From: Blepharisma stoltei ATCC 30299
Taxonomy: Eukaryota; Protista; Ciliophora
Length of the DNA stretch: 64,000 nucleotides
Assembly: GCA_965603825.1 (NCBI GenBank)
Contig: CBFDEM010000056.1
Span: forward strand, 682,001-746,000
Reading direction: 5' to 3'
A program made the translations under genes and the position numbers. This document shows, one piece after another, positions 35,793 to 48,574 of the stretch. Under the pieces are notes generated by a model. The model saw only the letters and a program-made list of their open reading frames with translations, was not told the origin of the DNA and ran no database searches. The first letter of the stretch is position 1, and every line of letters starts with the position of its first letter.

Positions 35793-36785
35793 TTATTTTA
35801 TATTTGATAATTTAACGCTTGGACGAAGTGAAAATAATCTTAATGCTGCAGCTGCTCCGTATGCTCCTGAAATTTCAATAATATTTTGAATGCTTCTAAT
35901 CGCATTTTCTTGTTCTGGTTTTGCTAAGTTTTCTACCATCTCAACAACATTTTTATGGAGGTTTTTGATTTTTCTAATAAAACTGAGTCCAGCAGTCAAA
36001 GCTTTTGACAGTGTTTCAGCTTCTGATAAGAAGTTATTGTTCTTTTTAAGCTCACTATTCATGCTGTGCTGTTTCAAACCTATCTGGACGTCAACAAAAT
36101 TTTTTTTCATATTGGGCAGTTGAGGAATAATCCTCTGTAAGCACGTAGAGAAATCATTCCAGTACTTTGCCCCTTCTAAAGCTTCACCTTCTAGAAGGTC
36201 TATGTTGAAGTCAATATATGGAAAAGAATTAAGGAATACCATTGCAGTTTTAGCATTAGGAGAGCTTGATATAACAAGAATGAGGGTAGTAATTACTACC
36301 TTAATACTAGGACTTTTAGTATAAGCGCTAAACTTTTCAGCGAAATTCAATAAATTGTTATACCCTTCTAGCAAAGTAACCACATACTCCTCGATAATCC
36401 CAGCATGCTTTACTAAAGCCATAACAGAATCGTCAAGATTGGGAGATCCTGATTCACAAGTATTTAACGCAAACATGCATTTATAAGAATCTCGGTCCAC
36501 CCTCACTTGCAAAATTTTGTCATTTCAATTTCTAAGGGCAGCTTGAAAAGATTTTTCATCTATAAGCTGCTGCTGTGCTCCTGTTTTAGAATGTATATAG
36601 GACATATGATAATAGTCTAAAGGATCAGAAGATTGATACATGTATTTTGCAACCAACTCGACATTTTGTTCCAGTGATTCATAAGATACTGGCAAAATAG
36701 GCAGGCTAAATGTTTCATCTCTTATTAGCAGCTGTACCTTTTTAGGCGTATATGTAGTGCTTGGTCTACGACAGTCATTCCCCAT
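35793..36785 (-). CDS. Hypothetical protein (MGNDC N-terminus), 330 aa
   Basis: Two same-frame track ORFs joined through TGA 36525; ends TAA. Confidence 0.75.
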
Positions 36786-37160
36786 TTTAAATATATTGGT
36801 ATGAATTTAACTTGGTAGAAACTTAACATGAGTGGCATAAAAAAGATGCCAAAATGTTAGCAATAAAAATTTTGTAATAATGTTGAAGAAGCCTTTTGTT
36901 GGGGAAAATAATAAAATTTAATTTTTTTAAATATTTGAGCAATTATGATTAAAAAACATAAATTTATCGGATCATTTTTGGTTTTTTTATAATAATTGAT
37001 GCTTTAAGCCATTTCCAAGCGATATAAAAAATAAATCGAAAGTTTCTGTTAATAATCTTAAAATTGCAGCAACATACCAAATGCTTTTTATTGATTATAT
37101 TTAATTTCATTAACAAAAAAACTCTTTCCAAATTTTTATCCTAGAGCCTCTCAGTATAAT

Positions 37161-38372
37161 ATGGACCCTCAAGAACTGTCTTACAAATCTCTCTTAAAAA
37201 AACTCGTAATCCTAACATAGAAACGTAAAGGCGGTCTCAAACAAATAAGTTGTGAGTTTTGTCTCAAAGATATAACCCTCTGCACCTATATTCAATGTGC
37301 TGAATGCCAAAATTTTTTCATTTGCTTGCAATGCTACATCTCTGGTCAAGAAAAATCAGAACACTCTCGGCTTCACAAATACCACGTTGTTGACCCACTG
37401 AAATTTCCTCTTTTTATGCTCAATTGGACTGCAAAGGAAGAACTTTTGCTGCTTGAAGGCTTATTAAAGTTTGGATATGGGAATTGGGGTTCGATATCTG
37501 AATTTATAAGCTCGTCAAAGAACAGCTGGGAATGTGAAAAGCATTATAAACAAATTTATCTAGGAAAAACCAAAGAGGCCTTATTACAGCTAAATATTCT
37601 GAGCCATCGAGATGAAAATGAGCATTTAGTGTCAGCTGAGGTCGATAACTCAGAAAATTTTATGGATATCGCGCCAGACGTGTTTCCAAATCCTGAGCCT
37701 AGAGTTGAAATAGAAAAGCACCCTCTTACAGAATTTGCAGGATACATGCCCTTGAGACGCGATTTTGAAATAGAATATGAAAATGACATCGAAATGTATT
37801 TAGCGGACTTAGAATTTTATGACGATGACACACAAGAAGACACCAATATAAAGCTTAGACAGTTAGAAGTCTATAATAAAGTCCTCGAAGAGAGAGAAGA
37901 AAGAAAAAAATTTGTAATTGAGAGATGGCCACAAGAATTACGAAACGAAAAAAATTTCAGTAGAAATATCATTGAAAAAACAATTTATCAAGCTATGAAA
38001 CCTTACGCAAGGCTACTGACGCCTGAAAAGCACTTCCAACTGTGCACAGGACTTGTAAAAGAATATACGCTTAGGCTGAAGCTGGAAGAATTAAGAGAAG
38101 CTAAAAGCCAAGGAATAAAAACAGAAGAAGAATTTAGAAAATTTATAAATGATAAGAAAGCAAACAAAAGCAAAGAGTTTGATGTAGTTTTCAAAGATTT
38201 TAAGCCTCAGCAAAGATCACAAGAAAGCCCAAGGAAGACGGAAAATAAAGAAGAAGCCCAAAAAAGTAACCACAACTCTTCTGACAATATGGAAATAGAG
38301 GAACAAGAAAAGCCTGAAGAACAAAATCCTGAGGATGCTAGCATTGATTTCTTGAAATCTGACGATAGATAA
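37161..38372 (+). CDS. ADA2: Transcriptional adaptor ADA2 (ZZ + SANT), 2 exons
   Basis: CEFC..CAEC..CLQC..H...H ZZ finger after removing intron 37206-37220; WTAKEELLLLEG...GYGNW SANT; GYMPLRRDFEIEYEND ADA2 box. Confidence 0.9.
37206..37220 (+). other. 15-nt spliceosomal intron
   Basis: gtaatcctaacatag; A at -6; the terminal TAG is an in-frame stop, so splicing is needed to join the ATG to the ZZ finger. Confidence 0.88.
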
Positions 38373-38753
38373 CTATAAATAAACTATTCGTCTTTAGTTT
38401 AAATGCTAATAAATATTTTAAAATACAGAGAAAAACAAAACACCGAGGGTTCTTGATTTATAAGCTCTATTATAAGGTTTAAAGTATTAACAGATCATTA
38501 CTCCTTTAAAATGTTATAATAAATCCCAACGATTATCTATTTTGTAACGCAAAAGCATTTCGCTGTATGTTATATGCAGTAAAAATTGCTTAATATTATA
38601 TTTTTGATGCTAAGAGGAGTAATGTTTAAACCCATCAGATGCTTGAGTGTGAAGGCTTGTCTCGAAACTTATTCAAATTCTTAATTACCTAGAATAATAT
38701 TTTAATTTAATATTTCATTACTTTACTTATAGTAATCTTTGATTTTCTATCCT

Positions 38754-39167
38754 TTATACAAAATTCTGATCTTTCATCTTAAGATCTTTAATTGAATTTT
38801 GATATTTAAATCAATTAGAATTACTTTTATCTTCATCTACTTCCATAACGTGAGAAAAAAATTCACGTTGGCTTCCTAGCATTTCTGATATTTTTGAGTT
38901 CACTTCTTGAAATACATAATTGCAATTGTCTAAATGGGCATTTTTCTGTACTTTATTATAATTTACTTGATTTTCATCAACCGGTTCTTTAAATGTGACA
39001 TGCCTTTTTTTTCGGAGAATTTTCTTGACATCAATCATTCCAAGGGGATCGCTTTTATAATCCTTTTCACCAGTGATTTTCACTTCGCTCGCTTGGAATG
39101 CTTTATTGGTTTTAAGAATAGAATTGAGTGATTTCACACTCAATGAAGATTTTAATACTTGGGACAT
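38754..39167 (-). CDS. Hypothetical protein with RHVTF (RVxF-like PP1-docking) motif
   Basis: Track ORF extended through TGA 38811 to TAA 38754-38756; KKRHVTF. Confidence 0.6.
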
Positions 39168-39621
39168 ATTTATTATATTGCTGACTTCAGAATAGTAAAA
39201 AAATGGTTTGAAATTGGGGCGATAAAAAATGATTCTGGGTTAATGAAATAAAGCTGTAATTGAGAAAACTGGCTTTTTTTAAATGGAAAATGATATATGC
39301 AGAAAGGTTTTAATTATTTATATAAAATTAAAAATAATTCCAGCATATAAATTTATAATTTTAAGTCTGCTGCGCCCAACCGACATGATAAACAATTAAA
39401 CAGTATTTAATTTTATTGTTAAGTTTATTTCGATAATCTTTATTTTTGCTATATTTTGCTATAATTTTTGCTGAATTCAATTTGCATTATTTTTTAATAT
39501 CAAAAATTAATTTAAAAAGAGCCTATCAGAATCATTTTAATAAATATGGACACTAGCCAATTGATTATATTTTTGGTAAAAATTTTAAAAGCTCCTTATT
39601 AAGTTATGATACCTTTATAAT

Positions 39622-40140
39622 TTAGATAAAAATCGAAGTGTAATGCTTTTTCATTTCACTTCTTTCCGTTAAAACTTTTAAATTTTCTTTTCATCCTCCC
39701 TTCAGATTTATATCACATTCTTTTAACACTTCTCCAGAATGCTGCGAGTCAATTAGAAATGATAGAACCTCATGGTGATTATTAAGCATGCTTGACAAAT
39801 CATCGTTCATTTTCTGCACAACACGCTTCAAATCTAAGCCTTTGCTAGTCATTCTCTTAGCTTCTTCTCTTACTTTTGAAGAGAAAGAAAAGATAGCATC
39901 TGAGTGAAATTTGTACTCTTTATTTGTTGAATTTCTGGTTAATTGAGGAGAATTTTCAAAATCGTTAGGAATTGAATTCATGATATCGAGAAAACTTTCT
40001 TGGGCATGGGGATAGCTATGTTTAACAGGAGATTTTATGAGCTCTGGACTGTAAATTTTATCGAGATGCTGAGTGAAATCTTCGAGATTATAGATAAGGA
40101 GCCGATTTCTTTCCATAGTGTTGTTGTTGTTATTATTCAT
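39622..40140 (-). CDS. Hypothetical protein (paralog of 40715-41212)
   Basis: Extended through TGA 39691 to TAA; shares MNDDLSSML..H..LSFLID with the neighbouring gene. Start uncertain. Confidence 0.65.
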
Positions 40141-40714
40141 GAAATAAATTTTAAATTGCAGAAAATTGCAGCTTATGCAGTTCAAAATTTTAGTAATTTT
40201 ATTAGGCATATCTAAGCCATCATAGGTTCTAACATAAGAATTATTCAAAAACGAATTTTAGCACTTGTTCTCAAATTTCTATTAAATCATTTTCTATAGA
40301 TTTTGCGGAAATGAGCATAAAAAGTAATGATTTTTTGCTCGTTTGAATATCATGAAAATTGATATTTCTTAAGTAATAATATTTTTGAAAGGATCATGTC
40401 TATTACAAACAAAATGATTAAAAAATATATTAATAAATTATTAAAATAGATTCAAATTTAAAATTTAAACCGCCAAATAGCTCTATCATAAATTAAGCAA
40501 ATTAACGCTTAAAAAAATGAATATACAAAGAAGCTTATCACTAAGCTTATCTTCTTCGTTTCATCCACTCAAATCATTTTCCTTGCATTTCTCTTAGGCT
40601 TTAAATTTTTTTTCTTAATCTCCCACCTAAAAATGGAGATTTCAAGAGTCAGTAATCCCATCCTTCACTCAATTTCTATCTCAAGAAATACTTACATTAA
40701 TTTAATACTTATAC

Positions 40715-41212
40715 TTAACTCTTCATCATTGCTAGATGCCTTCTTAATCTACAGTTCTCTACATGGAGTTTTGAATTATCTCTCCGAAGCTGCATAAGTT
40801 TGCACAAATCATTAGCTTGATAGGTTTCTCCAGTATGAGTATCCATCAAAAATGAAAGTAATTTATGCTGGCTACTTAGTAGACTTGAAAGTTTGTCGTC
40901 CATCCTTTCTACAATCGAATTTAAATTCTCTTCTGTCTCATGGCGACAAGATCATGACCAAGTTGTCTGAGAGGATGACTGAGGACTCGTGCCATCTCAC
41001 TCAAGCTGCTTGGATTTTTGGGGTGATTTTAAAGGATTTTTCGAAAAATTTTGGTTGCTTGGGAAGTAGCTGATGAATTCGTTTCAGTTTTCTTCGGTCA
41101 GCAATTTACTTTGTGAGGCTTTGTATTTTGGGGTCTCTTCTATTGGAAATGAGTCTGCTGTGTGTGTAAATTCTTCAAAATTTGAGAAAGCTGGCTTTAA
41201 TTTTGTGATCAT
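40715..41212 (-). CDS. Hypothetical protein (paralog of 39622-40140)
   Basis: ATG 41212 (MITKLKP), three TGA=Trp, then MDDKLSSLLSSQHKLLSFLMD; ends TAA. Confidence 0.65.
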
Positions 41213-41318
41213 ATTTATTTTTATTATTCAGTCAGTACGAAAATATGAAATTCTAGTGCATATTTTGAAATTAAAATTAAAAATAAAATTTTGAAGGGCT
41301 AAGATTCTATTTTGTTAG

Positions 41319-42026
41319 TTATAAATTTGTCTCAAAAAGAGTCCTTCGATTAAATCCCCCTGTATCTTTTCTAGTTATTCTTTTGAGACTAATTGACCTT
41401 GAAGTGTTCTCATTAGATGTGTTAAAATATTTTTTATTCTTTTCTTTCTCATTAGAATAATTTCTCAAAGATTCAGCACTTTCAATTATATTTTTGCTTG
41501 ATCTTGGACTTCTAAATCTCTGCCCACGGACATATTTTGGTGTTAAATCTCTAACATGTATCCTTTCTCTTGAAATTTCTCTGTTAATTTCATCTAGAGT
41601 CTTTACTCTTCTTTCACTAGTTCCCACTGTTATTAGACCTCCCTTATTGGTTTTGCATTCTACTTCTCGTAAATAATTATATATTTTTGGAGAGAGCATA
41701 AGTGGTCGTTGAGCTGGGACCTTTTTGAATTTGAGATTTAGACTTTGTTTAATTCAATTGTAGAGCATTTCTTCAGTCATTGCAGGATCTGCAGAGTTTC
41801 GATTAGAATCACTTTCAATTTCATGAAGCAAACTTCTTCAATATGGATAATCAAGTTCCTGCTTTCGAGTAAAGGTTTCACATTCAGCTAAAGGAATTTT
41901 CTTAAATGGAGAGACTGACCTGAGCATTTCTTTGAAGCTTTTTGGTGTTGGAGAAGAAAGATCTTCTGGGCGAGGAATCTCAAAGAAGGGATATTTTTTA
42001 TAACAGAAGCCTTTGATTTTTGGCAT
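41319..42026 (-). CDS. Hypothetical basic protein
   Basis: Two same-frame track ORFs joined through two TGA codons; ends TAA. Confidence 0.65.
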
Positions 42027-42374
42027 AACTTTTCTTGATGTACTTATATAATGGAAAAGAATAAAATGTAAAGTTTCTTAAAAAAACTGTAAGGTATTTA
42101 AAAGTAGAGGGAGGTTTTAAGATAAGAGGCCATTCATTTTATTGTTTGGGATATATGTAAGAGTTACGCAATATAGACAAATAAATTAATCATGTATGGA
42201 TTTAAATATAATTAAAGCTAATGAGTATCTGAATACAAACATTTAACTAAAGACGGTTTCTAATTCATTATCAAGTTCATTGCAAACTAAAGTTTATCTT
42301 GGCAAATCATATTATTATAACCATTTTAATTAAAAAATCTAATATAGTTTTTCTTAATAAAATTTTAATAAAAA

Positions 42375-44018
42375 TTATTCATTAAATTCTATTCTATCTA
42401 GCATGTCTTTATCTTCAAAAGAAGATTCATATGAATCTTCCTCTGATCCAACTGATGAAAGCTCTCCAATATTTTCAGGCACTTTATACATAATAGCCAC
42501 GTCTTCAGATACCCCTAAATGTACTTGATTATTTGCTAAAGCACATTCATTTCCATTCTTTGAGCTAAAAGATACGCTTAGGTCATCTAGTATTCTTATT
42601 CTGTTATTCTTTAAGTCATAGCTTCACACATTAAATGAAGTTTTTATCCCTGCTCCACAGTTTCCCCCAAACAGTAATATTTCATTTTTTACAACGCAAA
42701 CCCCCATATTGCTTCTGCTTTCAGGAAGCTGAACACCTAGCAATTTTCATTCTCCATCTCATAGTTCAATACTTTTTAATATTGCTCCTTCAGAAACTCC
42801 TCCAAACACATAGACTAATTCACCTACATTAATGCAGGTTGAATGAGATCTTGGATAATTCAAAACTGAAGAGAGAGTTCACTTTGCACCATCAAGTGTG
42901 TAAACTTTATCAACTGGTGATTTTTCTAGGCCGCCAATTATAGCTGGCATTTCGTTGATTAAAGCCATACAATGCAAGCGAATAGGTTTTGGCTTTGGTA
43001 GATTTTGGATAAAGCCATTACTAACGTCGATTTCTATACTCATTCTTGCAAGCCCTCCAGTTACAATTATATGTTTGTTACTTGACCAGAGGAATGCAGC
43101 ACCTTTTAGATCTTGAACGCAATTTAATGTCCTTTTTTCACCAATTAATGGGCTATATAGTATTATTTTGGGGCCGCTGGCTACTATTAAAAGGCTTTCG
43201 CCAGACTTAGAAAGAAAATTGTTTACAAGGGCGCATTCATTTCACTTATTCTTATTTTTCTCTTCTATTACTGAATTCTCTCGATTCAAAACTAAAGAAT
43301 TGAGGCCATTAGCTCCTTGCTTTACAAAGTCAAGTTCCCTTAAATTTCCAACAAGATCTCTATTAATTGTTTTGGAAAAGAAATTTTTTGTATAATCTAA
43401 TAAAGAGTACAAATCACCGCATGTTTCATCCATTGAGCTATCACAATGTTGAATTTCATTATAGCATTTAGAATTGACATCGCAAAGTATTTTGACTTGT
43501 TCTATTGCATTTATTATTAAGCTTTCAATTGAGTATTTAGTACTGTCTAATATAAGTTGCTTTTGTTTAGTAATTGAGTCAATTATTCTTTCAAAATTGT
43601 TTGAAGTGGCATTGGTAGAAGCAGATTGAGGTCTAAATCTTTGTGCATCAATCATTTTTGGGGGCTTTGGGTGATTATTCATAGCTTGGGATATGTTTTT
43701 TCTTTCTTCAAATTGAGGAATAACTTTTGCTTTATTTTGTAAGGTAGGAATTGACCTTGAGATATTTTCAATCCGATCCGTTGAGGCCTTAGGATATATA
43801 TTAAGAGTTTGACTTGATTTATAATCTGCAAGTTCTTGGTTGTCATTAATTCTATCCTCTTCCGAGTAAAGGCCAGGCTTGATATTGGCATTATTAAACA
43901 CCTTATCAGGAATGGAAATTTTACCTTGAAACTTTGGCCAGTCAGGATTCAGAGGCTTTTTACTTTTTTTTTTGCTGTCATCAGCTTTATTCTCTATTTT
44001 TTGACCCGAGCCTAGCAT
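42375..44018 (-). CDS. Kelch-repeat protein, copy 1
   Basis: Continues past TGA 43242 into IIVTGG, AIIGG, VYVFGG and ILLFGG kelch blades whose Trp residues are TGA; TAA at 42375. The kelch half is missing from the ORF track. Confidence 0.85.
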
Positions 44019-44108
44019 CTAAGTAAAAAGAAATTAAGATCTTTATTAATATTAACTAGCTAAAATAAAGAAGGCTCTACAAATGAATTAAAATAAATTA
44101 ATAATTGT

Positions 44109-45668
44109 CTAGCTATTTTCTAGCAGTGAGTATTCGTTAAATTCATTCTTCTTTAATAAGTAAACTATATTCCCGCTCAATACACATTCATTCCCAGATT
44201 TTGCAAAAAAATCAAAATATAAAGGCTCAAGCTTACTCACCTTATTTGTTTTATAGTCAAATTTCCACACATCCCTTGTGCCAATATCATTTCATCCTGA
44301 TTTCCCTCCAAATATAATGATTTCACCACCATATAGGCATAGGCCTACGTTTAGTTTAAAAATTGGCTGTAAGATATTCAGTAATTTTCACCTTGAGCTT
44401 CACATGTCTATTGATTTTACTACTCCTTTCTGTGTGGATATGCCTCCAAATACAAAGACCATTTTATTTACATTGATGCTTGAAGCAGCATGTCTTTTGG
44501 CTACTAGAGGATCAAATTCTTCCCATTGATCATCCTTAAGGATATAAACTTTATTTGAAGATGATTCCATAGTAAAACCTCCAATGACAGCTGCATATCC
44601 ATTAATATATGCCATACAGTGAAATTGCACTTGCTCAGGCAAGGAAGGTAAATATTTTTTTTCTCCTGTAGCTATATCGATTTCTTCATGCTTATTTTCA
44701 TTTCCGCCAATATGCAAAATACTATTATGATCAGTAAAAAGAACAGCAGATCCTGCAACTTCTTTTTCTCATTTAAATTTGTTTATTTTTTTATTTATCA
44801 ATGGGTCATAAATAGAAACTGAGTTCTTGTTCAGTTTAAGAGCAAGATCTCTGTAAGGAGCAGGCTCTAAGTCTATTTTTGATTCTTCAATAGCAGGCCC
44901 TTTCCTCTTTTTTGGACGGGAAGCAGGAATATTTTGTTCTTTTAATATTTTCTGTAAATGCCGATTTTCTTTATGATTTTTTTTAAATTTTTTGTTACAC
45001 AATTCTCTCAAGCCGTTTTTAAATTTATTTAGTTTCGATATGAGTTCATGATCAGAATTTGGAGTATCCCTATATATCCCCATTAATTCATCCTGCAAAT
45101 CGGATAAAGCTTTAATTTGGGTTATTGATGAATTTAATAAGCTTTCAATAGTTTGCTTTGTGTTTAAGAGAATATGCTCTTTTTGCATAGAATAAATATT
45201 CGAAGAGCTTAAGTCTTCTAAAGAATAATCTGCATTTTGTATGTAATTACTTCTAATATTATCAACTGGATCTTGAATACTTGCATTAGGGATCACTATG
45301 GGCATTCTAATACCTTGAGAACTTTTTCCTATGTCTTCCTTGAAAAATATTGAATTATTTTGTGAGGTAATTTCTTTGCTATTCGATATTTTAACCTGTG
45401 GAATCGGCTCAGGTTCTATATTATCTATGCTCATGCTCATGCTCATGCTCATGCTTATACTCATACTCATACTCATTTCAACTGGTATAGGTTTAATCAC
45501 AAATCCATTACTTTCTTCCTGCTCTCTTCTACTTTCACTGAAAAATAAATCCTTCGAAATCAGTGGGTTATTAAAAGTCTTGTCAGGAATTTTAAGCTTG
45601 CTTGCTCCTTTCTGCTGATTTGCATTTTCATTACTTTTATCCTTATCTTCCAAGCCTCTATCTCACAT
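44109..45668 (-). CDS. Kelch-repeat protein, copy 2
   Basis: Starts ATG-TGA (MWDRG); LHIGG, AVIGG, VFVFGG and IIIFGG blades; TAG at 44109; shares IPDK.FNN N-terminal motif with copy 1. Confidence 0.85.
45429..45476 (-). repeat. Hexamer repeat (ATGAGY)x8 encoding MSMSMSISMSMSMSMS
   Basis: gctcat/actcat units on the + strand, one imperfect. Confidence 0.9.
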
Positions 45669-45728
45669 TAAAATAAATCCTTCTAAATTATAAAATTTGC
45701 TATAATTTAATAAACTAAGATTATGCTA

Positions 45729-46904
45729 TTATGGCTCTCTTAAACAGGAGAATGGTATCAGCTTTTCGTATTTTGTCCAAGCTTTATCTTGCCTGTTGAG
45801 CTGCATGCTGACCATTTCACAAAGCCAGACAGTGTTCCTAATTTCTTGTTCTTTCAACTTCAGATAAGCATAAAAGCATCCGTAATGGAATTGCTGGTCA
45901 AAAGCCAAGCTGTATTTTTTAATCCCGATTTCATACATAATATCGTCTAAGGTTTTTCTTGAAGGGTCGTTCATTTCTTCTTCGTTGGCTGGGTCTGCAA
46001 CATTTCTCAGCATTTCAATATAAAGAGGGAAACTTTCTACAGCGGCTCTTAGTGTTGTGATATCGAAGGCTCTTGATAATTGGGCTTCGTATTCTGGGTA
46101 GAGGTATCCTACATTAGGACATAATGCTTTTCTGTCAGTTTCTCTGGCTGCTGGTTTGTTTAGCTCTTCGTTGCTGATTGAGTTGTAAATAATTTGGATT
46201 GTCATGCAGTCCGCTTCAAATTTTATTAAATCTTCTAAAATTTCTTTAGAGATCCCGTTAAGCTGTTTGGCAAGGTCGAATAAGTCTTCGAGCCACATTT
46301 TCTTCAGAGAAATTCTTAATACTTCAGGTGTGATTTCAGCTAGCTGCCTATGGACATCTTCTATGCTTCTGTTTTGCATTGCTCCAGCTTTAATGATGTC
46401 TTCAAGCAGTCTTTGGAAATAATCGCCGACTGGTGTGTCAATCAGTACAATTTGGTAAAGTTCAGCAATATCATCACTTTCAAACCTCAAAATGCCTTCA
46501 ATGCCTCTAAAGTACCCTAAAGGATCTGGCTGTGCTTGTCTCTTTCTGTTTATGTCTTTATTTTTTATAATTTCAATCATATTGACCACATTATCTATCA
46601 TGTATTTGTGAGACACTTTTTCTAAGAAATTGAATAGTTGCGGAGCTGCATTGGATTTCATGTGTTCAAACTCTTTTGCAAGCTTTTCTTTCATGCGAGC
46701 TCTAATTACGTTTGGTTGGCATGGGCTTGGCTCATTCTGAAGGAAAGGCAGATAATCAGTCTCTTCCAAAAGCATTTTTGCATCTCCCAATGAAGCACAG
46801 TCCTTAAGAGCGTCATATTCTTCTTTTCTGATGAAGGACATTCTCATGCCACGGATTAAAGCTTCTGCGTAGCCATCATCGACGTTGAAAGTCAGGAGTT
46901 CCAT
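45729..46904 (-). CDS. V-type H+-ATPase V0 subunit d
   Basis: FNVDDGYAEALIRG, YMIDNVV, FEAD, QFHYGCFYAYLKLKEQEIRN motifs. Confidence 0.96.
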   Translation of the reverse strand: MELLTFNVDDGYAEALIRGMRMSFIRKEEYDALKDCASLGDAKMLLEETDYLPFLQNEPSPCQPNVIRARMKEKLAKEFEHMKSNAAPQLFNFLEKVSHKYMIDNVVNMIEIIKNKDINRKRQAQPDPLGYFRGIEGILRFESDDIAELYQIVLIDTPVGDYFQRLLEDIIKAGAMQNRSIEDVHRQLAEITPEVLRISLKKMWLEDLFDLAKQLNGISKEILEDLIKFEADCMTIQIIYNSISNEELNKPAARETDRKALCPNVGYLYPEYEAQLSRAFDITTLRAAVESFPLYIEMLRNVADPANEEEMNDPSRKTLDDIMYEIGIKKYSLAFDQQFHYGCFYAYLKLKEQEIRNTVWLCEMVSMQLNRQDKAWTKYEKLIPFSCLREP

Positions 46905-46935
46905 ATTACTAATTTAATCCAATAATCTTTGAAAA

Positions 46936-48468
46936 TTACATATTAAAAGGAATAGAATTTTTAGATGTAAACGAAAATGTTTTCGTATATTTTAATTTTG
47001 ATAACAAGGATTTTTGTTCATTGAAAAGAGATGGCATAAATTTGTCTACATTGGAAATTCCAACGATGGTAGAAATCAGGTCACGAAGTGATGTATTGTG
47101 GGTTTTTTCATAGTTATTGATGGAGCATTCAGAGACAAGACGCTTCATTTCTTGAAGCTGAAGATAGCTCATTTGAGCTTTTAAATAGGAAATTTGCGCT
47201 TCAATTGTTTTCATGTCTTTTAAATCTTCAGATTCTTCTGCACCAGGACTAGACAAGGTAGGAGAAAGCGGGGCTCATACAGTCACATTGGTTTTCTTTT
47301 GTTTGTCTCATTGAGATATGGGTTTTTGGATCTCTATATTTTTACTTAATTTGAAAAGACGAGACTTTATATTATTTCATCTCGTAGTTATATTTTTTGA
47401 TGATTTTGTAGTAGAAGATGAAGGGTTTAAAAAGCAGCCTTGAAGCTTGTCTATATCAAAACTAATTTGGGCAAGGTCAACCAGGCATACTATAGTTTTT
47501 TGGTCTAAAAAGTCAGGAAAGTTTTCTGGTGTTAATTCTTGGTTTAAGTCTCATAAAACTTTAATGATCCATCATAGCCCATCAGTTCTTGTGTCTTTTC
47601 CTTCACTTAACAATTCGAAGTAATGGCTTACTCTTTCTTTATTTATTTTTTTCAATTTATTTTTCACAGTTTTTACTTCTTTATCCACATCTTCTAAATT
47701 CTTAGTCTGTTTTTCAATCTCTTGGCTTATGGTATTCACCAAGCTTAGAATTTCTGATTCTTTTTTTAATAAATTTTCCTTTGATTCTATTTGTTTTGGA
47801 ATCGTAAATTTTTTAAAAAACTGATAAGGCCTCTTAACTTGCCTTGCCTTTTCTAGGCTTTCTTGAGACTTAATGTTCTCCTTGATCTCTCGGAGGTCGT
47901 TAAGTGCATCATTTAATTCTTCTTTCAATTGAGTAAATTCTGATCTTAACTCATATCTTTCATCTTGCAATTTTTTTAGATTTTCTTCGGTATCTCTGTA
48001 GTTTGAATTGAGAATATCTTCGTATAGCTTAGACTTCAAAGACTTTTCTTTATGGATTTTCCACTGCTCTACTTTTAGTAGCCGAATATGCTTAGCGTTA
48101 GGAAGAATTTTTGCTTCTGAAAAAGAACGATTATGCGCTGGCAAAGGATGTCTCCTTAAAATATTTTCTTGAAGTAAATTTTTGTTGCTAAATGTTAGAT
48201 TAAGCTGTCCTGGATTTTCATAAGCGGCTCTGATGGGATCATGAGGAGTATTTAAGCCGAAGCTATTTAATTTAAAAACTTCTTCTTTTTCATTCACTTC
48301 AAAAGAGCAAGATGCTTTTCTTGGGTGCCTCTTTTCAAAAATTTTTGGTACTTTTACAATCGATTCACTCTTCTTAATTGCATTAGGACTTTCTTGCCGA
48401 GATCATGCCAAAGTGCTTCCTAGACTATGAGAAGATTTGGCAGACGTATTTGATGTTTGTGCTCTCAT
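46936..48468 (-). CDS. Hypothetical coiled-coil protein (510 aa)
   Basis: Single frame from ATG 48468 with several TGA=Trp; GKDTRTDGLWWIIKVLW...FPDFLD motif; ends TAA. Confidence 0.75.
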
Positions 48469-48574
48469 TTTGATTTTTTATTATATTTTGTTAGAATTAA
48501 TAATTTCATTAGTGAAGTTATCTAATGAAAGCTGTAGGCACGCATTTATATAATTTTTTTAAGATAATTTTTTA

